Assembly: GCF_004010195.1 (NCBI RefSeq)
Contig: NC_057751.1
Span: forward strand, 15,848,768 to 15,868,767
Origin: Chiloscyllium plagiosum
Taxonomy: Eukaryota
DNA length: 20,000 nucleotides
Direction of reading: 5' to 3'
Below the pieces are notes generated by a model. The model was not told the DNA's origin. It saw only the letters and a list, made by a program, of their open reading frames with translations, and ran no database searches. Every line of letters starts with the position of its first letter. Position 1 is the first letter of the stretch. The position numbers were made by a program, and so were the translations under genes. This document shows positions 1-10,060 of this stretch, one piece after another.

Positions 1-63
1 TTTCAGCATTATTTGCAGATCCTGAAGCAGTCCGTTGTTCAAACGCAACAAGACCGGGACCGT

Positions 64-392
64 GGGCGGCACGGTGGCACAGTGGTTAGCACTGCTGCCT
101 CACAGCGCCAGAGACCCGGGTTCAATTCCCGCCTCAGGCGACTGACTGTGTGGAGTTTGCACGTTCTTCCCGTGTCTGCGTGGGTTTCCTCCGGGTGCTC
201 CGGTTTCCTCCCACAGTCCAAAGATGTGCAGGGTCAGGTGAATTGGCCATACTAAATTGCCCGTAGTGTTAGATAAGGGGTAAATGTAGGGGTATGGGTG
301 GATTTCGCTTCGGCGGGTCGGTGTGGACTTGTTGGGCCGAAGGGCCTGTTTCCACACTGTAATCTAATCTAATCTAATCTAATCTAATCTAA
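64..392 (+). mobile_element. HE1-type SINE (tRNA-derived V-SINE), full length, with (AATCT)n tail
   Basis: Pol III A box TGGCACAGTGG and B box GGTTCAATTCC, V-domain GTGTGGAGTTTGCACGTTCT...GGGTGCTCCGGTTTCCTCCCACAGTCCAAAGA, CR1-like 3' end and pentamer tail 361-392. Nearly identical to 8192-8510. Confidence 0.92.
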
Positions 393-417
393 CATCCAGG
401 TTTGGCCTGATGAGTAG

Positions 418-608
418 GAGAAAGTGAGAACGACAGATGCTGGAGATCAAAGTTGAGAAAGTGGTGCGAGAAAAGCACTGCGGGACATCCGAGGAGCAGG
501 AGAATTGATGTTTCATTCCCGGTGAAGGGCTTATGGCTGAAACATCGATTCTCCTGGCCCTCGGATGCTGCCTGACCTGCTGTTGTTTTCCAGCACCACA
601 CTCTCGAT
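418..608. mobile_element. Two inverted Penelope-like terminal (pLTR) fragments
   Basis: 418-520 is the reverse complement and 521-608 the forward version of the motif seen at 11959-12089. Confidence 0.75.
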
Positions 609-611
609 TCT

Positions 612-1200
612 TGGGCTGATAAGTAGCAAGCAACATTCCTGCCATACAAATGCTAGGCAATGACCATCTCCAATAAGAGACAATCTGATCACTGCCCCTT
701 GACATTCAATGTCACCATCACTGAATCGCCCACTATCCGTGGACTCGAAACCCCACCGGACTCACCATATTAACATAGTGCAATAAGAGCAGGTCAGAGA
801 CGAAGAATCTTGCAGCGAGTAACCCACATCCTGACTCCCCAAAGCCTGTCCACTATGTACACGGAGTGTGATAGAAAACTCCCCACATCTGGATGAGTGC
901 AGCTCCAACAACACTCAAGGAACTTGACACCATTCAGGGCAAAGCAGCCCGTCTGATTGTCCCCACATCCACAAACATCCACTCCCTCCAACCCCATCGA
1001 CACTCAGTAGTAGCAGTGTGTCTTATCTACAAGATGCAATTTACCGAAGATCTTTAGGCAGCACCTTCCAAACCCATGACCACTTCCATCTAAGAAGGAC
1101 AAGGGCTGCAGGTACATGGGAACACCACCTCCTGCAAGTTCCCCTCTGAGCCACTCCCCGCCTGCGACTTTCAAACATATTGGCCGTTCCTTCAGTGTCC
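612..1200 (+). mobile_element. Degenerate CR1/L2-group LINE, ORF2 C-terminal region
   Basis: Interrupted translation with non-LTR RT C-terminal character (CxAMTISNKR, RVTHILTPQSLST, WMSAAPTTLKELDTIQGKAARLI). A related piece lies at 6620-6855. Confidence 0.7.
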
Positions 1201-1204
1201 AAGT

Positions 1205-1470
1205 TAGGGGTTGCAAATTTCAGGATAGAGATGAGGAGGTTTTGTTTTGTCTGTCAGAGGGTTGAGTATCGTTGGAACTCTCTGCCTCAGACAGCAGTGG
1301 AGGCAGGGTCACTGAATCTTGTTAAGGAGTGTGTGGATAGATTCTTGTTAGGCAAGGAAATGAAGGCTCTTTGGGAATAGAGAGGAAAGTGAAATTCGAG
1401 ATGCAAACAGACCAGCCACAATCTTATTGGATGGTGGAGCAGATTCGAGGGGCCAAATGGCCTAATTCTG
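1205..1470 (+). mobile_element. Old CR1 LINE 3' fragment
   Basis: FRIEMRR..F..QRV...WNSLPQTAVEA motif plus CR1 3' UTR (cagccaca...tggtggagcagattcgaggggccaaatggcct). Confidence 0.75.
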
Positions 1471-1477
1471 TTCACAA

Positions 1478-1733
1478 TCCCAACAGCGTGAAAGCAGCTC
1501 ATTCAACTCATCGAATCCACATTGACCCTCTGAAGAGCATTCCTTCCAGCCTCAACCCCAACCCTATCCCTGTTATCCTGCAATTCCCCACGGCCAATCC
1601 ACCTAACCTGCCCATCTTTGGACTGTGGGAGGAAACCCATACAGACACGGGAGAACGTGCAAACTCTACACAGACAGTTCCCCGAGGGTGGAATCGGACC
1701 TGCGTCTCTGGTGCTGTGTGGCAGCAGTGCTAC
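1478..1733 (-). mobile_element. HE1-type SINE, diverged
   Basis: Reverse-complement similarity to 64-392 (ctttggactgtgggaggaaaccc...gtgcaaactc). Confidence 0.85.
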
Positions 1734-2309
1734 TGACTTTGGTGTCTCCCTAACTACCAGAGCCACTCCTTATTTTGGAGACAGGGAGGAACGGCACCCA
1801 TAGGCTGACAGATGAAGAACTAGAGGGCACAGATTGAGGTCAAACGGCCGACAAACTGGAAGAGAAATGTTTTGACGTGGCGAGGGATTATGATCTGCAA
1901 TGCACTGCCTGAACTTTCCCATCTAATCTTTCTTCCTCCTGTACAGACCTCAGAGGTCAGTGCATGGTATAAGTCTTCAATACTGGGTATCAAGACAATC
2001 AGCATGTGCGGTGCTTCCCAGCAGCTGTAATGGTGTCAGGGGAACGTTGCTCCCAGAGGGAGGTGGACACTGGCTCAAAGTTGGCTTTCCAAAGGGAACT
2101 GGATGGATTCTCAGAACACAAAGGAAGTGCAGGGCTGTGGGGAAAGCGGACTGAAGTGAATCGTTCCTTAAAGGGGACCTGATGAACCGAATGGCCTCAC
2201 ATTATATCTATCCAAGGAGAATGGAGATGCTGCCCCAAGTCTTCAGAATGGCCTTGGTGAAGTGGGCTGGGAATCGTACAGCCGCAGAAACAAGCTATGG
2301 CTCACCATG

Positions 2310-2730
2310 GAAACGGCGAAGGTTCACTAGATTGGTCCCTGAGAGAGGGGGCTGTCTTAGGATGAGAGACTGTGAAAGCTGTGTCTTCCCCAGAGTTGAG
2401 AAAAATGAGAGATGATTCCAATGAGACACGCAGATTTTGAAGGGGCTTGACAGAGTGGACACAGAGATTGTTGGCTGGGGGACCTTGAAGAGACAGAACG
2501 AGGGGCTGATCGTTTCAGATCGAGGTGAGGAGAAATGCCTTCACACATGGGAGTTGTGAACCTTGGGAATTCTCAGCTCCGGGATGCAAGGCTTTTCAGG
2601 AAGGTTCTCCTGGGGAATCCGGGGTATTTGGGGAGCAGACGGAAACGTGGAGTTGGAGTCGGAAACCAGCCACGATGGAGGGAGATGGCAGAGCAGGCTC
2701 AAGGGGCCAAATGACCTCCTTCTGCTGCTG
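2310..2730 (+). mobile_element. Old CR1 LINE 3' fragment
   Basis: RRFTRLVP motif, aggagaaatgccttcacaca...tgggaattctc, and a CR1 3' UTR ending aggggccaaatgacctcc. Confidence 0.65.
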
Positions 2731-3064
2731 CTGCTGTGTTGTACAGTAACTGGTCTGTGCCAACGCTCCACACAAGCCTTCTCTCTCTCCACTTCATCTC
2801 ACCTTAGCAGTGCATCCTTCTGATTCTCACACTTGCACCCTCTCTCTCTCTCCTCACACAAACTCTGCAAGTGACCCACTGTTCAAAACATGGAGATGAG
2901 AGTCTGGTAAACAACTGCGACTGTGCTTGGAAGCAGCTGCCAGCAGTGATTTTCCTCCGGGTGTTAAATTTTTATTTTAAATAATTTACTGACGGTTTTC
3001 GTCCTGAATCCCCCCCCATTGACGTGGGGCGACTGTTCCTTCACAAAGCACAGAATAAGGTTAC

Positions 3065-3156
3065 CTGCCCTTTCCAACTTTGTCTTTGCCTTTCAGGTGA
3101 ATCTGAAGAGAGGATTTGGCATCAAGAGGATTTCCTTTCAACTTGAACTCCAGCAC
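3065..3156 (-). CDS. Type-I ferlin (myoferlin/FER1L5-like), exon 3 (92 nt, phase 0/2)
   Basis: ctcaatcttttag|GTG...GGCAG|gtaacc gives VLEFKLKGNPLDAKSSLQIHLKGKDKVGKG(R/S), colinear with MYOF ILEFDLRGIPLDFSSSLGIIVKDFETIGQNK as recalled. The 92-nt size matches ferlin exon 3. The gene continues beyond position 1. Confidence 0.88.
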
Positions 3157-3216
3157 CTAAAAGATTGAGATGGGAACCATGACGATCACAAACATCCAAC
3201 ATGGGCAGCAGCTGTC

Positions 3217-4477
3217 CATAGAGTCATAGAGATGTACAGCTCGGAAACAGACTCTTCGGTCCAACCCGTCCATGCCGACCCAGATATCCCAACCCAATCT
3301 AGTCCCACCTGCCAGCACCCGGCCCATATCCCTCCAAACCCTTCCTATTCATTTACCCATCCAGATGCCTCTTAAATGTTGCAATTGTACCAGCCTCCAC
3401 CATTTCCTCTGGCAGCTCATTCCATACACGTACCACCCTCTGTGTGAAAATGTTGCCCCTCCCTTTCGTATCTTTCCCCTCTCACCCTAAACCTATGCCC
3501 TCTAGTTCTGGACTCCCCCACCCCAGGGAAAAGACTTTGCCTATCCATTCCCCTCATAATTTTGTAAACCTCTATAAGGTCACCCCTCAGCCTCCGACGC
3601 ACCAGGGAAAACAGCCCCAGCCTGTTCAGCCCCTCCCTATAGCTCAAATCCTCCAACCCTGGCAACTTCCTTGTAAATCGTTTCTGAACTCTTTCAAGTG
3701 TCACAACACCCTTCCGATAGGAAGGAGACCAAAATTGCACGCAATATTCCAACAGTGGCCTAACCAATGTCCTGTACAGCTGCAACATGACCTCACAACT
3801 CCTGTACTCAATACTCTGACCAATAAAGGAAAGCATACCAAACGCCTTCTTCACTATCCTATCTACCTGCAACTCCACTTTCAAGGAGCTATGAACCTGC
3901 ACTCCAAGGTCTCTTTGTTCAGCAACACTCCCTAGGACCTTACCATTAAGCATATCCGTACTGCTAAGATTTGCTTTCCCAAAATGCAGACCTCACATTT
4001 ATCTGAATTAAACTCCATCTGCCACTTCTCAGCCCATTGGCCCATCTGGTCCCGATCCTGTTGTCATCTGAGGTAACACTCTTCGCTGTCCACTACACCT
4101 CCAATTTTGATGTCATCTGCAAACTTACCTCTTATTCTCACATCCAAATCATTTATGTAAATGACAAAAAGTAGAGGACCCAGCACCGATCCTTGTGGCA
4201 CTCCACTGGTCACAGGCCTCCAGTCTGAAAAACAACCCTCCACCATCACCCTCTGTCTTCTACCTTTGAGCCAGTTCTGTATCCAAATGGCTAGTTCTCC
4301 CTGTGTTCCTTGAGATCTAACCTTGCTAATTAGTCTCCCATGGGGAACCTTGTCGAATGCCTTACTGAAGTCCATATAGATCACATCTACCGCTCTGCCC
4401 TCATCAATCTTCTTTGTTACTTCTTCAAAAAACTCAATCACGTTTGTGAGACATGATTTCCCACGCTCAAAGCCATG
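3217..4477 (-). mobile_element. CR1 (HER1-type) LINE, 5'-truncated, with RT domain and 3' UTR
   Basis: ORFs 4064-4504 (DFSKAFDKVPH, SGVPQGSVLGPLLFVIYINDL, KFADD) and 3417-3953 (RDLGVQVH, LVRPLLEYCVQFWSP). 3' tail ctctatgactctatg. Confidence 0.95.
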
Positions 4478-4564
4478 AAAGCCATGCCCCCACCTCCGCT
4501 GCATTCCCTCTGCCCATTACAATATATTTCATTACTCGGACCACAGCGAGAATTTTGCAAGCAC

Positions 4565-4987
4565 GCTTATCCAAGGGAAGGTAGACTGACATTACAGGCA
4601 GTCCAGAGAAGGTTCATTAGGCAAACCTGGGAATGGAGGAGAGGTTGAGCAGGTTGGACTTGTACTCGTTGGAGTTTAGAGGAACAAGGCAACCCTATCG
4701 AAATATTTAAAATTCTTAGGGGACTTGACAAGATAGATACGGAGAAGTTGTTTCTCACTGTGGGAGGCAACGACCAGGAGGGTAATCTCAGAGTAAGGTT
4801 TGCCCATTTAAAACAGAGAATTCTTTACCTCAGAGGACTGGGGGATTAAGCATATTCAAAGGTGAGATGGCCAGATCTTTATGCAGAAAGGGAATCGAGG
4901 GTAAAGGACTGTAAAATGGAGGGAAGGATTATCAGCCATGACGTCATTGAATAGTGGAGCAGACTCGGTTGGCCAACATCTGCTCCG
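4565..4987 (+). mobile_element. Old CR1 LINE 3' fragment
   Basis: gcagtccagagaaggttcattagg, gttgagcaggttggacttgtactcgttggagtttaga, and 3' UTR atcagccatgac...gtggagcagactcg. Confidence 0.75.
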
Positions 4988-5534
4988 ACCTCTTCTGGTC
5001 TACAGAGCTCACGTGGCTCTCACATGCCTCGCGCATATCTCCCCATGTACTAACATATCTCCCCCTGTGCATCTCAGTCAGTTTTCCTTCACCCTCTCGT
5101 CCTGCCCTCCTCTGCCTGTTCTATCTCCCTCCCTGTCACCTCCCTACCACCATTACGCGCGGGGACACCTCCCACCTTGTACATGGCAGGTACTCATGTG
5201 ACTCAGCCAATGTTATCTATCTTATACGTTGCAGGCAAGGATGCCCGGAGGCATGGTACACTGGGGAAACCGAGCAAAGGTTACGACAATGGATGAATAG
5301 GCACCGCACAACAATCAACAGACAGGAGGGTTCCCTCCCAGTTGGGGAACACTTCAGTGGTCCAGGACATTCAGCCTCGGACCTTCGGGTGACCATCCTC
5401 CAAGGTGGGCTTCGGGACAGGCAGCAGAGGCAAGTGGCCGAGCAGAGGCTGATAGCTAAGTTCGGTCCCGTAGGGAGGGCCTCAACCGGGACCTTGGGTT
5501 CATGTCACATTACAGGTGATCACCATTGCACTAT

Positions 5535-5660
5535 ATACACACACAGATATTCCTACACACACACACACTCTCACATACACACGGACACAGATACACACAG
5601 ACGCGCACACAGACACCCACACACACCCTTATAGACACACAGACTCCCACACACGCACCC
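5535..5660 (+). repeat. Imperfect (CA)n-rich microsatellite
   Basis: acacacacacacac runs interspersed with agac. Confidence 0.85.
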
Positions 5661-5693
5661 CCTCACAGACTTAAGACACTCTGCACTCACTAC

Positions 5694-5956
5694 NNNNNNN
5701 NNNNNNNNNNNNNNNNNNNNNNNNNNNNNNNNNNNNNNNNNNNNNNNNNNNNNNNNNNNNNNNNNNNNNNNNNNNNNNNNNNNNNNNNNNNNNNNNNNNN
5801 NNNNNNNNNNNNNNNNNNNNNNNNNNNNNNNNNNNNNNNNNNNNNNNNNNNNNNNNNNNNNNNNNNNNNNNNNNNNNNNNNNNNNNNNNNNNNNNNNNNN
5901 NNNNNNNNNNNNNNNNNNNNNNNNNNNNNNNNNNNNNNNNNNNNNNNNNNNNNNNN
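5694..5956. other. Assembly gap (263 N)
   Basis: Run of N. Confidence 1.
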
Positions 5957-6229
5957 AAAGCTAGTGTGCTTCCAATTAAACCTGTTGGACTATAACCTGG
6001 TGTTGTGTGATTTTTAACTTTGTACACCCCAGTCCAACACCGGCATCTCCAAATCCTGTCACCAAGGTCACTCTTGCCCATCCTGAGCAAGGCTCCAACT
6101 GGGCCGTGTCAGGCTGATCACCTCTAAACTGCAACTCTAACTGGAGATTGTTGCTCCTGATGCATGAGCATTTTTCTGTGACTGTGTGTAAGGTGCCTAG
6201 GTTGACCCAGGGAGTGCTTTTCCACTTGC

Positions 6230-6285
6230 CTCATTCCACTTTACGTTCTTCTCCTCATCTGATAGGCTTGTTCTCTTCTTTTTCC
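6230..6285 (-). CDS. Type-I ferlin (myoferlin/FER1L5-like), exon 2 (56 nt, phase 1/0, GC donor)
   Basis: Long pyrimidine tract ttttctttttcttgcacctttccag|, then (G)KKKRTSLSDEEKNVKWNE|gcaagt. Matches the ferlin C2A motif KKRT/KKKT...N-x-x-WNE and the 56-nt exon-2 size recalled for DYSF/MYOF. Confidence 0.85.
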
Positions 6286-6619
6286 CTGGAAAGGTGCAAG
6301 AAAAAGAAAATCAGAGTCGGGTATTAGTAGATATGGCTCACCAACACTTCCTGCCCTTTCAGTTACCGCCCTTCCTCAGAAGGGGAAATGGCAGACAGGA
6401 CATATTACGTGAACCAAACTGAGAGAAAGCAGAATGGGGCCTCATTTCTCAGAAGCCCAAGGGCAATGAGCAGAGGGATCTAAAGTACAGACACTAACGG
6501 CGATATTGCAGATTAATTAGAACACGAGAAAAATATACCAGAAACAGCAATTGCTGGAAAAGCTCAGGGGGTCTGGCAGCATCTGTGGAGGGAAAGGTGT
6601 CTGTTGCTGATTACGCTCC

Positions 6620-6855
6620 TGCCTGTTTGATTGGCACCCATCCATTACCGCCACATGGCTCCGTTTGAAGCAACAAACTAACATCAGTCCAAACTACATC
6701 GGCCGTTCCTTCACTCTTGCTCTCTCCCTAACAGCAGCGTGGGTGTATGTAAACAGGATGGAGTCCAATGGTGCAAGGCACCTCACCACGACCTACTCAG
6801 GGTCAAATGGAGGAGGAGGGATCAGCTACAAATGCTGGCGTCACTAGCGATCCCG
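6620..6855 (+). mobile_element. Degenerate 3' end of the CR1/L2-group LINE family seen at 612-1200
   Basis: Shares gcctgtttgattggcac and ggccgttccttca with 612-1200. Ends ctcagggtcaaat...aaatgctggc; a similar tail lies at about 19640-19700. Confidence 0.55.
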
Positions 6856-7228
6856 GAGTGGTTAAATTGTGAATGATCAGAAGCCACAAGGCACTCGAAT
6901 TGTCGCTTCTTCCTCGAATGCCCGAGATGCCTTTATGCAGGAGGTGGTTAAGACTGAAGGAATGGGTTGCCAATAATATTGGTAATGCAGACACAAAATC
7001 GGATGTACAGGTATACCACAGTGGTATGGCAGCATTGCTATGACCAAGAGTTAGCACTACCACGACTTACAACGAGAGAGCGCTGTTCACGCACTGTTAG
7101 TTGCCAAACAGAAGCAATATCAATTAAAAAAAACACCAAGTCACAGAAGTAAATGGTAAGGAGCCCCTTGAAGAAGAATGAACCACTGTGGCTCAGTGAA
7201 TAGCACTCTCACAAGATCCTGTGTTCAA

Positions 7229-7790
7229 GAGTATAGGAGTTGGGAGGTCATGTTGAGGCTGTGCAGGATATTGGTTAGGCCACTTTTGGAATTCTACATG
7301 CAATTTTGGTTTCCCTGCTCTGGTGTTGTGAAACTCAAAAGGGCTCAGAAAGGATTTACCAGGATGTTGCCAGGACGAGAGGGTTTGAGCGAAAGGGAGA
7401 GGCTGAATAGGCTGAGGCTGTTTTCCCTGGAGCATCAGAGGCTGAGGGGTGACCTTATAGAGGTTTATAAAATCACGAGGGGTACGGATAGGGTGAATAG
7501 ACAAGGTCTTTTCCCAGGGGTGGGTGAGTCCAGAATGAGAGGGCATAGGTTTAGGGCGAGAACGGCAAGATTTAAAAGGGATCTAAGGGGCAACTTTTTC
7601 ACACAGAGAGGGGTGTTGCCAGAGGAAGTAGTGCAGGCTGGTACAACGACAACATTTAAAAGGCATCACCATCATTAATGAGGGTATGGAAAGCTGGTAA
7701 ATAGGAGAAAATCAGTTTAGGGTGTCTGGTAGGTGCAGATGAGTTGGACCAAAGGGTCTGTTTCTGTGTTGTACAACTCTATGACCCTAA
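7229..7790 (+). mobile_element. CR1 (HER1-type) LINE 3' fragment
   Basis: ORF 7178-7678 EYRSWEVMLRL..LVRPLLEF..QFW...RLRGDLIEVYKI, with 3' end gggtctgtttctgtgttgtacaactctatgac. Confidence 0.92.
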
Positions 7791-8191
7791 GTAAAGAAAT
7801 TCCTTCTCATGTCAGTCGTCAACTATCATTCCCTCATCTGAAAACTGTGTCCCTTCTCCATGGTCTAGATTCCCCAGCCAGAGGTGAAACAACTTCTCAG
7901 TGTCTACCCTGTCGAGCGCCCTCACAATATTGTTGCATTCCAACGGCTCTCCTACCATTCTGCCAAACTCCAGGGAATTTTAGACCCTATTTGTTCAGCA
8001 TCTCATCATTGCTTACGAGGGGTTCGTCCTGAGTTAACATTTCAAGTTGCGTGACCTTTCAGCAGAATGGATTGGAGCTCAGAAATTGGAGGATAAATGC
8101 TCCAGACAGGGGCTGGGGATGGGTAAAGAAGCGAGAGAACAAGTGGAGACCAGAGATTGGTATAACAGGAAGGAGGAATACCGGCATTTGT

Positions 8192-8510
8192 GGGCGGCAC
8201 GGTGGCACAGTGGTTAGCACTGCTGCCTCACAGCGCCTGAGACCCGGGTTCAATTCCCGCCTCAGGCGACTGACTGTGTGGAGTTTGCACGTTCTCCCCG
8301 TGTCTGCGTGGTTTCCTCCGGGTGCTCCGGTTTCCTCCCACAGTCCAAAGATGTGCAGGTCAGGTGAATTGGCCATGCTAAATTGCCCGTAGTGTTAGGT
8401 AAGGGGTAAATGTAGGGGTATGGGTGGGTTGCGCTTCGGCGGGTCGGTGTGGACTTGTTGGGCCGAAGGGCCTGTTTCCACGCTGTAATGTAATCTAATC
8501 TAATCTAATC
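8192..8510 (+). mobile_element. HE1-type SINE, full length, with (AATCT)n tail
   Basis: Near-identical to 64-392, including A/B boxes and tail. Confidence 0.92.
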
Positions 8511-8624
8511 ATTGGGACAAGTATGTAAAAAATAGGTTGGCTGAGCTGAAAGTAGCCTATTTGAAGACAAGGCCTTAGGTATGGGAAATGGAAGGCGTCC
8601 TTAACTTTAAATTATTGATTATAG

Positions 8625-8760
8625 GCATTGAGTCCTGAAAGTGGAAAATGAGATGCTGCAATTCCAGCTTGCGCTGAATTTCACTGGAGCATTGCAGCAA
8701 GCCAGAGACAGAAATATTGGTCAGGGAGCATGTTGTGTTGAAGAGGCAAGCAGCTGGAAG
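8625..8760 (-). mobile_element. Penelope-like endonuclease C-terminal fragment
   Basis: Similar to 13520-13650 (gaaaatgagatgctg...ccagcttgcgctg...atattggtcaggga). Confidence 0.6.
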
Positions 8761-9987
8761 CCCTCACCCCTTACCCCTCATCCAAAGGACATTCCTGTGA
8801 ACCTTCACTGCACCAACTGCAATGCAAGTTCATCCTTCAAGCATGGAGTCAGAAATTGCAGATGGTACTCCAGTTGTGGTCTCACCAAAGCCATTTATAG
8901 TTACAGTTAAGATTTCCCTGTTCCTGTGCTCCAGTCCCCTTGTAATAAAAGCCAACATGCCACCTGAGTGTGAAAGGTACTAACATTCATGGAGAAAAAA
9001 ATTTTGTGGTTTAGCAAATCTATCGCTCCAAAAAAGTCACAAATACAGCCAAAGATGAGATAGGTGGAAATCTGGCTTAAGCAAAGACTTCTGTACCCCG
9101 CTCCAGGACTGGACACAGAAGTGGAGTTGAGAAGGGGGAAGCGGGTTGAAAGCGATACCACAACAAGCTGAGAAATTGTTTTCTCGGGAATGATAGGTCA
9201 CATGGGGTGAGAAGATCACAGGGGTGCCTTGACAGCAAGTGTAGATCGGAATGTTTGTACAAAGGGAGGGATTTATGGAAGAGAGGAAGCTTGTGAACTG
9301 GGAGAGGTATGACGAATGGCGACGGAGGCTGAAATCACCACACAAGTGTGGAAAGCTACTTGCGACATAGTTTGAGGCAGGAGGAGATCGGCGAGGAACT
9401 TGCTGTGATACAGCACAAAACAAAGAGAGAGTAGGTGGAACAAAGTGTAGTGTTCCAACGAGGAGACAGAGCAAGTTCTGTGGTTCACAGAGAAGGGGCA
9501 AGTGATGTGGAGTACAGCCAGATGAAGAAGCAGTACGAGGGAAGAAGCCCTTAACCTCACCTCCATCAAGACCTTGATGTTGGTGTGAAGGCAAGGGCTT
9601 TATGCACTGACTAATAAATGTTTTGGAGGCAGTTTCAGACAGACAGTAACAATAATCACTCTGCTGAAGATCAACGGGGCAAGGAAAGCTGTGGGAACAA
9701 ATGGGAGGCATCCGGGCTGGCGTAAACTGAGAATCCGACTTGCAGAGAGTCACAACTGTGCTGGAGGAGCCCATTCAACCATCAAGCCCACCATGGCAGC
9801 TCTCAGTGAAGCACACCAATCAGTCACTTGTTCCGGGTTTGAAAACTGTCAGTCAATGACTTGAGGAAGGTTGACGCTGAGGCAAAGGCAGAGCTGTCCA
9901 CAATGTAGATGGTGAAGGTCACTGAGAATGCATGGCCAGAACCACAACCTCTCCCCAACCCCCGTCCCCACCACAAACACTGCTCAC

Positions 9988-10060
9988 CTCTGAAGAGCAC
10001 AGACACGTGGAGTTGGGAGCTCTCCTGCCTGTGGGCGGCCAGTCCGCCCACACGCAGCAT
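9988..10060 (-). CDS. Type-I ferlin (myoferlin/FER1L5-like), first coding exon (73 nt, ends phase 1)
   Basis: gagaggATG (A at -3), with an in-frame TGA 33 nt upstream. Encodes MLRVGGLAAHRQESSQLHVSVLFR+G, then a strong donor AG|gtgagc. MLRV...VSVLF resembles the N-terminus of MYOF (MLRVIVES...VSVIFK), DYSF and FER1L5. Phase fits the next exon. Confidence 0.82.

Larger units (their letters stand above)
5147..6055 (+). mobile_element. Penelope-like retroelement 3' part: GIY-YIG endonuclease, CA-rich tract and terminal region (spans the gap)
   Basis: Translation SCDSANVIYLIRCRQGCPEAWYTGETEQRLRQWMNRHR...VGEHF...E QRLI...GLNRD, with a frameshift near 5467. Terminal sequence aaagctagtgtgcttccaattaaacctgttggactataacctgg follows the gap. 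Confidence 0.88.

Noticed and set aside
64..135. tRNA-like sequence with A and B boxes (also 8192, 12663, 13000-13085)
   Set aside because: These are SINE heads continuing into SINE bodies, not tRNA genes.
1..3064. Search for ferlin exon 4 (acceptor-like sites near 22, 1805 and 2880)
   Set aside because: Each candidate hits a stop in the required phase and lacks similarity to the expected LIG/FLG-x-A-x-V motif. Exon 4 is presumably outside the window.
9037..9774. 245-aa minus-strand ORF in ferlin intron 1
   Set aside because: Ser/Cys/Leu-rich composition reflecting a purine-rich opposite strand; no domain and no convincing splice sites. Probably very decayed repeat or neutral DNA.
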